Made by a program: the position numbers and the translations under genes
DNA from: a virus
Lineage: Duplodnaviria; Heunggongvirae; Uroviricota; Caudoviricetes
Virus record (IMG/VR): IMGVR_UViG_3300025896_000021
Length of the DNA: 64,000 bases
Strand: one strand, 5' to 3'
The notes under the pieces: model-generated
The model's database searches: none
What the model saw: only the letters and a program-made list of their open reading frames with translations
What the model was told of the DNA's origin: nothing
In this document: positions 32,216-41,412 of the stretch, piece after piece
Layout of the letters: every line of letters starts with the position of its first letter
Position numbering within the stretch: the stretch's first letter is position 1

Positions 32216-33120
32216 AAATTCTAATACTAATCTTAGCTATACTGTCATTTAACTGCAACGCAGATCAATATACCAAAAACATAAATGTCATCGTGTCATT
32301 GGGCGCCGGCTCAATAGTAGATACTACTTGCAGAAAGATATTTGAAATATATGATCAACTGAATAACACAAATACAGTGATTACTAATATGGCAGGTGCC
32401 GACCATATGGTTGCGCATAAGCATTTCATTACGTTAACTGAGCCTAGCATTCTATGTGCTGGTACTAGTGTGGGTGGATTGAATCAATTTAAAAATCCTA
32501 CTATCAGCCCTGCTACTGACACCCTTAAACCTGTAATCAATTTGTTCTCTAGTACGTTCTTGATTCTAGCTCCTGTTACAGGCGCTGGCTCGGTCGAAGA
32601 ATTAATAAGCAATAGCAAAAGAACGGGTAAGAGTATACTAGTCGGAGCCCCCACAACCAACACCGCTGCTGCATTTACTTATATTCTAGATAAAACTAAC
32701 AGCAACTACGAAGTTGTGGTCTTTCGAAAACCATCAGATGCGGTTGCGGCACTGAGAGAAGGTGCGATTGATGTGTATGTAGATGGTGGATCACTGAATC
32801 AGTTAATTGATACTGCTAAGGCTAAAGAAATAGCACATATTATGGCTGGAGCTTCTAGAAATGAGTCGGTAAATTTACGCAATAAATATACTGAAATCGA
32901 CCCACTAATGACTAAAATCATGTTGCACGTTAAGAGTGATGTTCCTGATAGTGAAATCGCTATATTGAACGCACGGGTTAACTCTGCTATGAATTCAACT
33001 CAATTTAAATCTTATGCTAAGGATCGAATGAGCATACATACTATTACTAATGGGACTGTTAAGCAAGCTGAACAGACTCTACTCAATCTAAGGAATTATC
33101 TAAAAAATGTTCGTAATTAA
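32212..33120 (+). CDS. Bug/TctC-like periplasmic solute-binding protein
   Basis: Signal peptide; INVIVSLGAGSIVDTTCR, NMAGA and AVAALREGAIDV resemble Bug-family motifs. Confidence 0.55.
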   Translation: MKILILILAILSFNCNADQYTKNINVIVSLGAGSIVDTTCRKIFEIYDQLNNTNTVITNMAGADHMVAHKHFITLTEPSILCAGTSVGGLNQFKNPTISPATDTLKPVINLFSSTFLILAPVTGAGSVEELISNSKRTGKSILVGAPTTNTAAAFTYILDKTNSNYEVVVFRKPSDAVAALREGAIDVYVDGGSLNQLIDTAKAKEIAHIMAGASRNESVNLRNKYTEIDPLMTKIMLHVKSDVPDSEIAILNARVNSAMNSTQFKSYAKDRMSIHTITNGTVKQAEQTLLNLRNYLKNVRN

Positions 33121-33205
33121 CTTCTTCAAGAATCTCATGCGTGAGTACAAGTATCGAAAACGCCTAAAAGAAATGCGTAAAAAAGATCCATTCATCTACA
33201 AATGA
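33107..33205 (+). CDS. Small basic protein, 32 aa (not in ORF track): MFVINFFKNLMREYKYRKRLKEMRKKDPFIYK
   Basis: Bridges the gap between neighbours; TGA overlaps the carbamoyltransferase ATG. Confidence 0.65.
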   Translation: MFVINFFKNLMREYKYRKRLKEMRKKDPFIYK

Positions 33206-34695
33206 ATTACATAGGGATTAGCTCTGGGTTCCATGATGCTGCCATCAGTGTCGTGAATAGTTACGGGGAAATTATATTTGCAGGGCATAGTGAACGGTAC
33301 AGTAACTTTAAACATGACTCGCACTTATGTTTGCCTCTAATCACTGATGCAAAATCATATATGGATAGTGATGACTATGAAGTTCATTACTATGAAAGAC
33401 CTTGGCTCAAGTACTTACGTCAACTACGTGCAGGAGAACCCACTTGCATTGCAAACATATCAGTCAAAAATGTTATCGGTAGAAGTACTATTAAATATCA
33501 GTTAGGTAACAAGACTGTTCATACTCATAATCATCATTTAAGTCATGCTGCTGCTGGCTTTCAAACCAGTCCCTTTGATGACGCTACTGTTGTTATCATT
33601 GATGCCATTGGAGAGTTTGACACTATCAGTATATGGGATGCTTCATATGATGAGGACACCGGACGTGCTGAATATAAAAAGGTATGGGGACAAACTTATC
33701 CTGACAGTATAGGACTATTCTATAGTGCAATGACTGCTAGAGTGGGACTACGCCCACTAGATGAAGAATATATTTTAATGGGTATGGCAGCATATGGCCA
33801 GTCACGTCACTCGGGTGAAATCTATGACACTCTTGTTGCATCAGCAAGAGAGTTACGATTCGATAAAAACTTGCACATAGGAGTACCCGACAACTTCTTA
33901 GAGGGTGCAAACAACATGGATATTGCTACTAGTACACAAATTGTTACAGAGCATTTGATCCAGCATGTCATTAGTAAGGCCCGTATGTTAGGCAAGAGTA
34001 AGAATCTTGTATATGGTGGCGGTGTAGCACTAAACTGTTTAGCTAATAGATTACTAGGAAATTACTATGATAACATTTGGATCATGCCAAATCCGGGCGA
34101 TGCAGGCTCTAGTCTCGGTGCAGCATGTCTTGGGTACAAGTATAAAGTTAATTGGAATGATGCTTATCTTGGGCATGACATTGTTGGGAACTATCCTGTT
34201 AATAGTTTACTTGATGTGTTACTTACTGACCGCATCGTTGGTGTCGCATCAGGTCGCGCAGAGTTCGGCCCGAGAGCATTGGGAAACAGAAGTCTCCTTG
34301 CAGACCCTAGAGGTAGTGAAATTAAGGATAAAGTAAATGAAATCAAACGTAGACAAAAATTCAGACCATTTGCGCCGGTCATTCTGGAAGAGTATGCTGA
34401 TAATTATTTCAGCATGCCTGATGGCTGGGATAATAGTAGGTATATGCAAGTCATCAGTACTTGTAGGCATCCTGACTTATTTCCTGCTATCGTGCATCAT
34501 GATGGGACTAGTCGTGTCCAAACTGTCCCAAAAGATGGAAGCGGAATTAGAGAACTCCTTGAAAAGTGGTTCGTCTTGACAGGATGCCCTATGCTGCTTA
34601 ACACTAGCTTGAATGTTAGGGGTGAACCAATGGTTAATGATCGGGCAGATGCAGACAGATTTGAACAATTGTATGGGGTCAAGGTTTTATCGTGA
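33202..34695 (+). CDS. Carbamoyltransferase (NodU/CmcH/TobZ family)
   Basis: GFHDAA, HHLSHAA, IDAIGE, GGVALNC, EFGPRALGNRSLLADPR, RQKFRPFAP, LNTSLN. Confidence 0.92.
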   Translation: MNYIGISSGFHDAAISVVNSYGEIIFAGHSERYSNFKHDSHLCLPLITDAKSYMDSDDYEVHYYERPWLKYLRQLRAGEPTCIANISVKNVIGRSTIKYQLGNKTVHTHNHHLSHAAAGFQTSPFDDATVVIIDAIGEFDTISIWDASYDEDTGRAEYKKVWGQTYPDSIGLFYSAMTARVGLRPLDEEYILMGMAAYGQSRHSGEIYDTLVASARELRFDKNLHIGVPDNFLEGANNMDIATSTQIVTEHLIQHVISKARMLGKSKNLVYGGGVALNCLANRLLGNYYDNIWIMPNPGDAGSSLGAACLGYKYKVNWNDAYLGHDIVGNYPVNSLLDVLLTDRIVGVASGRAEFGPRALGNRSLLADPRGSEIKDKVNEIKRRQKFRPFAPVILEEYADNYFSMPDGWDNSRYMQVISTCRHPDLFPAIVHHDGTSRVQTVPKDGSGIRELLEKWFVLTGCPMLLNTSLNVRGEPMVNDRADADRFEQLYGVKVLS

Positions 34696-34868
34696 CTGAA
34701 ATTCATGCACGTACTATTGCTAGGACAATTTCATATAGAATAGTTGCATTACTAATCACTGCACTATGGACAGGGTTAGGTGAAGCGGTAGCAATTCACA
34801 TTGTATTAGCGATAGTTCAATATCTCATTGAGAGGTTATGGCTAAAGATTCAATGGGGCAAATACTGA
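34692..34868 (+). CDS. Small membrane protein, DUF2061-like, 58 aa (not in ORF track)
   Basis: GTG overlapping the upstream stop; MTEIHARTIARTISYRIVALLITALWTG...YLIERLWLKIQWGKY. Confidence 0.6.
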   Translation: MTEIHARTIARTISYRIVALLITALWTGLGEAVAIHIVLAIVQYLIERLWLKIQWGKY

Positions 34869-34881
34869 CATAAGTATATGC

Positions 34882-37800
34882 ATGTTAAGAGATGTATTTT
34901 ACTTCGGCAACAAGCCACACGCACACCCGAGAGAGCAACATGCAACTGACTTAGCACACGCTAGGTCATTATCCACTACAGAGCATTTCTGGGTAATTAC
35001 TGAATGCAGTGATTATCAAAATTTTGATTGGGATTGGGATTTTGAGTTCTTGCCCGACGAAGATGCATGGACAAGTGATTTCAACAATGTGTGGCCTAGT
35101 GAGTTTGACAAAGATAGTGGAACTTGGCTTTGCACTGAACTAGACGTAGATACATTTATCTATCGTACTGACGTTTCCCCAATCAAACTAAAGAATCAAT
35201 CTTGGAAGTTCTTATCACCGATTGATATGTCAAGCATTGATGTATTGTGGAGACCTGACCCTAATGAGTCGCCCTACATCTACACTTGGGGTAATAAGCA
35301 TGTACCGGCTGAGGTTGAACCGACGCTAGAGTATCATGTTAAAACCGCAACCGATAGAAAGTACATGGGCAATGTACAAGTTTTTCCTCAATGGGATAGA
35401 TGGACTGAATCAATTAAAGTAGACAAAGCTACGTTTGATTTTACTTGGAGACCTGATCCAACTAGTCCTCCTTATATCTATGTATGGGGTAACAAATACG
35501 ATGCAGCAGAAATTAAACCAACAGTAGAATATAAAGTCCCCGGCGCTACTGAAAAGAAGTATATGGGCATCGTAGACTTAGAGCCTGAATGGGATAGATG
35601 GAACGAGTTTATCAAAGTAGACAAAACTACGTTTGATATGAGTTGGAGACCTGATCCTAACTTACATGAGCCACCTTACGTTTACGTATGGGGCAACATA
35701 TATGACCCGGCAGAAGTCAAGCCTACTATACAGTACCTAGTTCCTGGAGCTACAGAAGTAAAGTACATGGGTACAGTAGACTTAGCACCTGAATGGGATA
35801 GATGGACTGAACATCTACTAGTAGATAGAACAACTTTTGACTTTAGCTGGAGACCTGATCCTAACTTACATGAGCCTCCGTATATTTACGTATGGGGTAA
35901 CAAGTTTCATTCAGCAGAACAGAAAACAACAATTGAGTATATCGTCCCAGGAGCAACTGAAAAGAAGTACATGGGCATTGCTGACTTAGCACCTGAATGG
36001 GATAGATGGAATGAGTTAATAGCAGTAGACAAGAATAGTTTTGACTTTAGATGGAGACCCGATCCTAATTTACATGAGCCACCTCTTGTGTATGTGTTTG
36101 GTAACAAATGGAATGATAGTAAGACAGAACCTACCCTTGAGTATGTTGTACCGGGGGCTACTATCAAAAAGTACATGGATTATCCTGTTGCTCTACCTAA
36201 GATTGATATGTCATTGTGGACAGTGAACAACAGTGAAGACTTACAGACATTTGATTTCAGTTGGAGACCCAATCCACATAGTCAACCTCAAATTTATCAA
36301 TGGGTGAACAACGGCCCTAGATATACTCAACCAGCTGCGACTGAAGTAGTGTTGATGGAGTATGAAGATAGTAATCGTGAGGGAATTGTCAATCGTTACT
36401 CTATTAAAACGACACTAGAAGAACTGATTAATGAACACCCAGATGAAGTCTTCTGGGTATTGAACCCCGACTTGACTTATGATAAGTTTGATTTTAGTTG
36501 GAGACCCACTAACGAGAACTTCCGCCATATCAACACGTTTGGTAATGAGTTCAGTAAGAATACACAGACATACTATATCAACGGACCTATGTACAAACTA
36601 GGTCACCGTGAAATAAACTATGTAGTAGATCAAACAGTGGCTATTGAAACTAATTTAAGCATGTTCTACATTGATCGGGGTAACGGCGGTGATAGATATG
36701 ACGCACTGAAAATACGTTATCCTCAACTACAAAAGACTCGCTATTTAAATAGCTGGGTAGAAACTATCCAACGTTGTTGCAACAAGAGTGAGTCTAAACT
36801 ATTCTGGGTAGTAAACAGTGAACTTGAATACGGTGGGTTTATGTTTGACTTCTATCCTAGCCCGTGGCAGATGGATATGGTTCATGTGTTTGGAACTCAA
36901 TGGAGTCATTGGGGAAATACTTACCTAGTGAACAAGGACACGTTTGAAGAATCTACAAAGTATGTGAAGGTCATTGAACATTTGAACATATTGAACTTTG
37001 TTAAGACTAAGAGAGCACAAGCAGTTGAAGTGTTATACGATATCGTCTACATCGACCATAGTAATCTGTCTGACACAGACCTCAGTGATATCACCCATGA
37101 GGGAAGATTGATTGTTAAGTACGATACTAGCTATTTGGACACGCTGAAAACAATAGTAAAGTCATTACCAGTTAAGAAGGAACATTATGTTTGGGTTGTC
37201 AGTACCATCTGTGAATACTTTCAGTTTGACTTTACTTATATGTGTGACCCTTACGCTAAGGATCAATTGCACGTGTTCCCTAGCGATAAGCAAAAGTTCG
37301 GGGACACATTCTTAATTGACGTGAACAAATTGCGAACATTGATTGATGGTATGGTTGTGCTTGAAGACTATGTGAAAATTAATTACAACCAGCATCAACG
37401 GGCAAAACGATTGCCCGCACCTATTTTTATAAATGAAAAGGATACTCATGTCTCTATTACTGATTTTGATTTTAATTGGCCTTATGCTACGATTCTCTCG
37501 GCAGACAACAAAGAAATAAGAGTAACAAACGATGAACCCATGAGTTTGTGGACTCCTGAAACTAAGAACATAACTGTTCATAGTACCGGCGGAACATATA
37601 TTACTGTACCAAAAGAAGCTAAAAACTACGTGAAGAAAGAACTTTATGATTACCCGTATATCAAGCGTGTAGACAAGCTAGTTTATAGTAACCCACTTGA
37701 CATTGTATTCTTTAGTAACGGCGAAGCTAATGCTGATGAAAACTACGAGCACCTTTTGTTTATGACAGGTGATTTAGCGAATAGAGTTATCAGAGTAGAT

Positions 37801-38376
37801 GGTATAAACGGTCGCGTGGCAAGTCAACATGCAGCAGCTAACGCGAGCAATACGCCTTGGTACTTCTTGGTCAATGCTAAACTTAAGGTTAATGCTAAGT
37901 TTGATTTTGATTGGCAACCAGACAGACTACAGATTCCCAAGCACTATATATTTACTGCAACTAACCCGGTTAACCACTTAGAGTACGGACATCAAGCTAT
38001 AGTTGCTAATAATAAGAACATTACGCTTAACACTATAGCTAAAGGTTTAGACTTTACTATGGATGGGGAACATGAAGTTATCAAGCTAAACAGTGGTATA
38101 GGTATGTATAATACTAGTGCGTGGGACACATGGCGTACTAGTTTCCGTGAAACTTTGAAACTAAAGGCATATACTGAAAAGAACGATGACTTAGAAGCTA
38201 AGTTCAGATTAAGTTCATGGTTAAACTTAGGTGACGGTGATTTTGGAAATGTTAGTATGGATGCAGCACTAGATGCTTGTCGCTACTATGAATCTGTTAA
38301 CGGCGAATTAGAAAAGCTACGACTTAGTTATGACTGGGCATGGCTGCGCTGCCACTACGATAAACTATATCCATAA
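34882..38376 (+). CDS. Large multidomain protein with Trp/Pro-rich tandem repeats and a C-terminal GT-like domain
   Basis: 1164 aa; repeated FDFSWRPDP..EPPYIYVWGN..VPGATEKKYMG; C-terminus resembles 24019..24966; CATAAGTA motif 5 nt upstream. Confidence 0.65.
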   Translation: MLRDVFYFGNKPHAHPREQHATDLAHARSLSTTEHFWVITECSDYQNFDWDWDFEFLPDEDAWTSDFNNVWPSEFDKDSGTWLCTELDVDTFIYRTDVSPIKLKNQSWKFLSPIDMSSIDVLWRPDPNESPYIYTWGNKHVPAEVEPTLEYHVKTATDRKYMGNVQVFPQWDRWTESIKVDKATFDFTWRPDPTSPPYIYVWGNKYDAAEIKPTVEYKVPGATEKKYMGIVDLEPEWDRWNEFIKVDKTTFDMSWRPDPNLHEPPYVYVWGNIYDPAEVKPTIQYLVPGATEVKYMGTVDLAPEWDRWTEHLLVDRTTFDFSWRPDPNLHEPPYIYVWGNKFHSAEQKTTIEYIVPGATEKKYMGIADLAPEWDRWNELIAVDKNSFDFRWRPDPNLHEPPLVYVFGNKWNDSKTEPTLEYVVPGATIKKYMDYPVALPKIDMSLWTVNNSEDLQTFDFSWRPNPHSQPQIYQWVNNGPRYTQPAATEVVLMEYEDSNREGIVNRYSIKTTLEELINEHPDEVFWVLNPDLTYDKFDFSWRPTNENFRHINTFGNEFSKNTQTYYINGPMYKLGHREINYVVDQTVAIETNLSMFYIDRGNGGDRYDALKIRYPQLQKTRYLNSWVETIQRCCNKSESKLFWVVNSELEYGGFMFDFYPSPWQMDMVHVFGTQWSHWGNTYLVNKDTFEESTKYVKVIEHLNILNFVKTKRAQAVEVLYDIVYIDHSNLSDTDLSDITHEGRLIVKYDTSYLDTLKTIVKSLPVKKEHYVWVVSTICEYFQFDFTYMCDPYAKDQLHVFPSDKQKFGDTFLIDVNKLRTLIDGMVVLEDYVKINYNQHQRAKRLPAPIFINEKDTHVSITDFDFNWPYATILSADNKEIRVTNDEPMSLWTPETKNITVHSTGGTYITVPKEAKNYVKKELYDYPYIKRVDKLVYSNPLDIVFFSNGEANADENYEHLLFMTGDLANRVIRVDGINGRVASQHAAANASNTPWYFLVNAKLKVNAKFDFDWQPDRLQIPKHYIFTATNPVNHLEYGHQAIVANNKNITLNTIAKGLDFTMDGEHEVIKLNSGIGMYNTSAWDTWRTSFRETLKLKAYTEKNDDLEAKFRLSSWLNLGDGDFGNVSMDAALDACRYYESVNGELEKLRLSYDWAWLRCHYDKLYP
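35248..36270 (+). repeat. Intragenic tandem repeats of 198-210 nt (66-70 aa)
   Basis: TGGAGACC (WRP) recurs at 35248, 35446, 35644, 35848, 36052 and 36262. Confidence 0.9.
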
Positions 38377-38410
38377 TATTATCATCATCTGATAAATTTG
38401 TAGTACTATA

Positions 38411-38418
38411 GATAAATA
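38411..38418 (+). promoter_or_regulatory. Late-like promoter motif GATAAATA
   Basis: Heads the exported-protein operon; GAGGA SD follows. Confidence 0.6.
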
Positions 38419-38445
38419 GTAGTACAACAGAGGATGATAATAAAA

Positions 38446-39573
38446 ATGAAAAGAATTCTCATTGTCAGCGCCGTCATGGCTATGGCAATAACCACCCAAG
38501 CTCAGACAACATACGATTCAAAAACCCTAGTTGATACTAATAGCACTAGTACCAGCACGGTTAACACCAACAACGTTAACTCGGGTACAGTGACCAACAT
38601 CAATCAAACGACAGTTGGTAGCACTAGTACTAATACTAACAACAATAATAACGTTAGTACAGGTTCAATGACTAACAACAATAACAACGTTAATAGCGGT
38701 AGTATGACGTACAACAATAACAATGTTAACACTGGCACAACTACTAGTAATAACAACAACGTTAATACCAATGTTAATAGCGGTAGTATGACGTACAACA
38801 ATAACAACGTTAACACTGGCACAACTACTAGTAATAGCAACAACGTTAATGCTAGTACCAATGTCAACACAAACAACAACGTTAACAGCGGGTCAATGAC
38901 ATACACTAACAATAATGTTAATAGTGGATCAATGACTAATAACAATGTTAATTCGTCAACGGCTACTACTTCAAATACTAACAACAATATTAACAGCGGT
39001 ACAATGACTAATAACAATAACAATGTTACGGCCACTACTGCTGCAACGACCAACGCAAATACGAATAATAACGTGAACACTGGTAACATGACAAATAACA
39101 ATGTCAACAGTGGCGACATGACCAACCGTAATATTAACGAGTCTACTATTACACAAAAAATCATTCAGCCACCGCCAACAGCAGTTGCGCCTGCAATGAT
39201 GAGTGGTGGCAATGCTGACCTATGCACCACAGGCACAAGTGGAAGTGTACAAACACAAATCTTTGGTGTTTCAACTGGTGGTACAGTGCGTGATATGAAT
39301 TGCGAACGACTAAAATTATCTAAGACCTTATACGACATGGGCATGAAGGTAGCAGCAGTTGCTACTATGTGTCAAGACCGTAGAGTATTTGACGCTATGC
39401 TAGCGGCTGGTACCCCTTGCCCGTACGAAGGCAAAATTGGTGAAGCAGCTAAAACACAATGGGAAGCTAACCCAGAAAAGTTACCTAAAATAGATGAGGC
39501 AAAAGATGATGACACTGCTAAGAAAATCGGCTTGGGCGCTTTGCTTGGCGCTGCTGTTTTCAAATTATTCTAA
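38446..39573 (+). CDS. Exported Asn/Thr-rich repeat protein with Cys-containing C-terminal domain and hydrophobic tail
   Basis: Signal peptide MKRILIVSAVMAMAITTQA; (N)nVN(S/T)G(S/T)MT repeats; four Cys; ends IGLGALLGAAVFKLF. Start may be 38434 or 38446. Confidence 0.75.
   Translation: MKRILIVSAVMAMAITTQAQTTYDSKTLVDTNSTSTSTVNTNNVNSGTVTNINQTTVGSTSTNTNNNNNVSTGSMTNNNNNVNSGSMTYNNNNVNTGTTTSNNNNVNTNVNSGSMTYNNNNVNTGTTTSNSNNVNASTNVNTNNNVNSGSMTYTNNNVNSGSMTNNNVNSSTATTSNTNNNINSGTMTNNNNNVTATTAATTNANTNNNVNTGNMTNNNVNSGDMTNRNINESTITQKIIQPPPTAVAPAMMSGGNADLCTTGTSGSVQTQIFGVSTGGTVRDMNCERLKLSKTLYDMGMKVAAVATMCQDRRVFDAMLAAGTPCPYEGKIGEAAKTQWEANPEKLPKIDEAKDDDTAKKIGLGALLGAAVFKLF
38560..39140 (+). repeat. Low-complexity Asn-rich repeat array with a near-perfect internal duplication at 84-nt offset
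   Basis: 38689-38766 is nearly identical to 38773-38850. Confidence 0.9.
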
Positions 39574-41269
39574 AGCAGATGTAGTCACCGTTCCAATTGG
39601 GAACGGTTTATCTGTCAACGTCACCACCGGAGCTAGTACACCGGCATTGCAATATCTTAATAATAATGCTTCTGCTACACAGGTTAACTTAGGTGATGAT
39701 GGAACTACCACTGTTCCACTACAATTTCAATTTTCTTATTTTGGTAAGACATTCGGTACATCTTGGATGCACAGTAACGGAGTTGTTAGTTTCCAAGATC
39801 CGGGGACTACAGGAAATTTCTGTTGCTCAGGCGAAGTGTTAAACAATAATACTAGCAGTCGTTATAACTATGCAGTCATGCCGTTATGGACTGATTTGAT
39901 TGGGCAAACAGGTAGAAATACATTTTACCTTAGTTCTGCTGATTCTATTACATACGGGTGGTACGGAACTAGCCAGTATGGTAATGGCAATAACAAAAGC
40001 AGTTTTGAGGTGAAACTAGATAGTGCGGGCGCAGTTGATATGCGATGGGGTGCGTCTGTGATAAGTAATGCAACAGTTACTATGGGCTTTACTGGCGATC
40101 TAAGTAAAGGTCAATTCTATCAATATTACAATGGAAATAATGTAGCTGTCGGTAACCTTGGTGTGTCTTTTAATGGAGTCAAGATAGCTGATCCGATTGT
40201 ACCGGTTGTTAAAGCACCTGCTGCTGCGGTCGTGTATACTATTGCATCAGGAACTACGATTGCAACGGTTGATTCAAGTTCAGCTCCTACTACCGCAGTT
40301 AGTGTAGGTGGAGTACAGTTATCAACAACTGGTGAAATTGCTGCGCCCGATAATATACCGCAAGCACTACGAGATGTAGTTGCATCAGTTGCTGCATCTT
40401 CTACACCAACTGCGTCTGTCACTGCAACTACAACTGATCCAGTAAAATCAGAATCAAACAAAGCTGGACCTAGCGTTACCGTTATGAATGCTGTAAAACA
40501 AATTCAAGCTGCCGATAAAGCCGTGCAAACTAAAGCAGTTCAAAATGCTAATCAGCAAATAGCAATAAGTTCTAGCAAAGCACAAGAGCAAGCTATGGCA
40601 ACAGTAGACACACTAAATGCAATGAGTGCGTCTAGTGTGCAGACTAGTGGTTCAGCTAACTCTCAATCTAGTTCGCAATTAGGCGGATTGATAGCACCAC
40701 AAGCATCTTCACAGCAATCAAAACAACTTAATTCTCAGAGCAACACTCAGCAGTTATCAATGTTTCAATCTTATCAACCAGTGACGCAATCGTTACTGCA
40801 GGTGTACATTCCGCCCGTTGTACAAGAAACACAACCAGTTGTTAATTTAGGATTGCCTATGATATTGCCAAAGAGTCCTACCCTGTTTAATAACAATCAG
40901 TCAAGTTCTGCACAGAATGAAATTCCAGTTGTAGCGTCTGCTAGTATATCTACTAGAGGCAATGTAGTGAATGAAGTAAATGAATTCAAGCCAACAATTG
41001 AATCATTCCAAAGTGAAATGAAAACTGATGCAGTGAACAAAAGTGTGCAGCAAAATGATCTAGCAGGTGGAGTTAGTATTGCAGCAATGGCAGTACAACC
41101 AAAAGGATATGAACTGTATTCATTTGTAATTAAGGATGCAGGATTTTATGCACCAAAAGACATATATAGCAATCAAACTACTGTAGACAATGCCCGCGCA
41201 TTACGACAGTTAGGTAGCGATAGATTACACCGAGCGATGGTGGATCAACAATTTAAGATAGGAGAATAA
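39494..41269 (+). CDS. Exported protein with nidogen (NIDO)-like N-terminal domain and Ser/Gln-rich region
   Basis: Signal-like AWALCLALLFSNYSKA; LGDD...VPLQFQFSYFG...SNGVVSF...MPLWTDL resembles NIDO-like domains; true start may be 39506 or 39509. Confidence 0.6.
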   Translation: MRQKMMTLLRKSAWALCLALLFSNYSKADVVTVPIGNGLSVNVTTGASTPALQYLNNNASATQVNLGDDGTTTVPLQFQFSYFGKTFGTSWMHSNGVVSFQDPGTTGNFCCSGEVLNNNTSSRYNYAVMPLWTDLIGQTGRNTFYLSSADSITYGWYGTSQYGNGNNKSSFEVKLDSAGAVDMRWGASVISNATVTMGFTGDLSKGQFYQYYNGNNVAVGNLGVSFNGVKIADPIVPVVKAPAAAVVYTIASGTTIATVDSSSAPTTAVSVGGVQLSTTGEIAAPDNIPQALRDVVASVAASSTPTASVTATTTDPVKSESNKAGPSVTVMNAVKQIQAADKAVQTKAVQNANQQIAISSSKAQEQAMATVDTLNAMSASSVQTSGSANSQSSSQLGGLIAPQASSQQSKQLNSQSNTQQLSMFQSYQPVTQSLLQVYIPPVVQETQPVVNLGLPMILPKSPTLFNNNQSSSAQNEIPVVASASISTRGNVVNEVNEFKPTIESFQSEMKTDAVNKSVQQNDLAGGVSIAAMAVQPKGYELYSFVIKDAGFYAPKDIYSNQTTVDNARALRQLGSDRLHRAMVDQQFKIGE

Positions 41270-41270
41270 A

Positions 41271-41411
41271 ATGGGAGCATCGGCATTTGCGTTAGGATTC
41301 TTTATTGCCCTGGGAGGCTGGACTGCCAGCAAGGTCACTAAACAAGTGGATACTATAATAGATCCGCCAAAAATAGAAAAAATAGAAAAAATAGAAAAAA
41401 AGGAAGAATAA
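41271..41411 (+). CDS. Small membrane protein, 46 aa (not in ORF track): MGASAFALGFFIALGGWTASKVTKQVDTIIDPPKIEKIEKIEKKEE
   Basis: AGGAGA SD; one hydrophobic segment; 9-nt repeat AAAATAGAA x3. Confidence 0.7.
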   Translation: MGASAFALGFFIALGGWTASKVTKQVDTIIDPPKIEKIEKIEKKEE

Positions 41412-41412
41412 A

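Noticed and set aside
35248-36270. ~200-nt repeats as a CRISPR array or DGR template/variable repeats
   Set aside because: The repeats are in-frame coding units with no repeat-spacer structure, the differences are not visibly adenine-restricted, and no cas or reverse transcriptase gene is in the window.
38604-39164. 186-aa Leu/Val-rich minus-strand ORF resembling a membrane protein
   Set aside because: It is the antisense shadow of the AAC/AAT-rich Asn repeat, with no SD or promoter support.
41370-41396. AAAATAGAA x3 as a phase-variation tract
   Set aside because: The 9-nt unit preserves frame, so slippage would only change KIE copy number, not switch expression.
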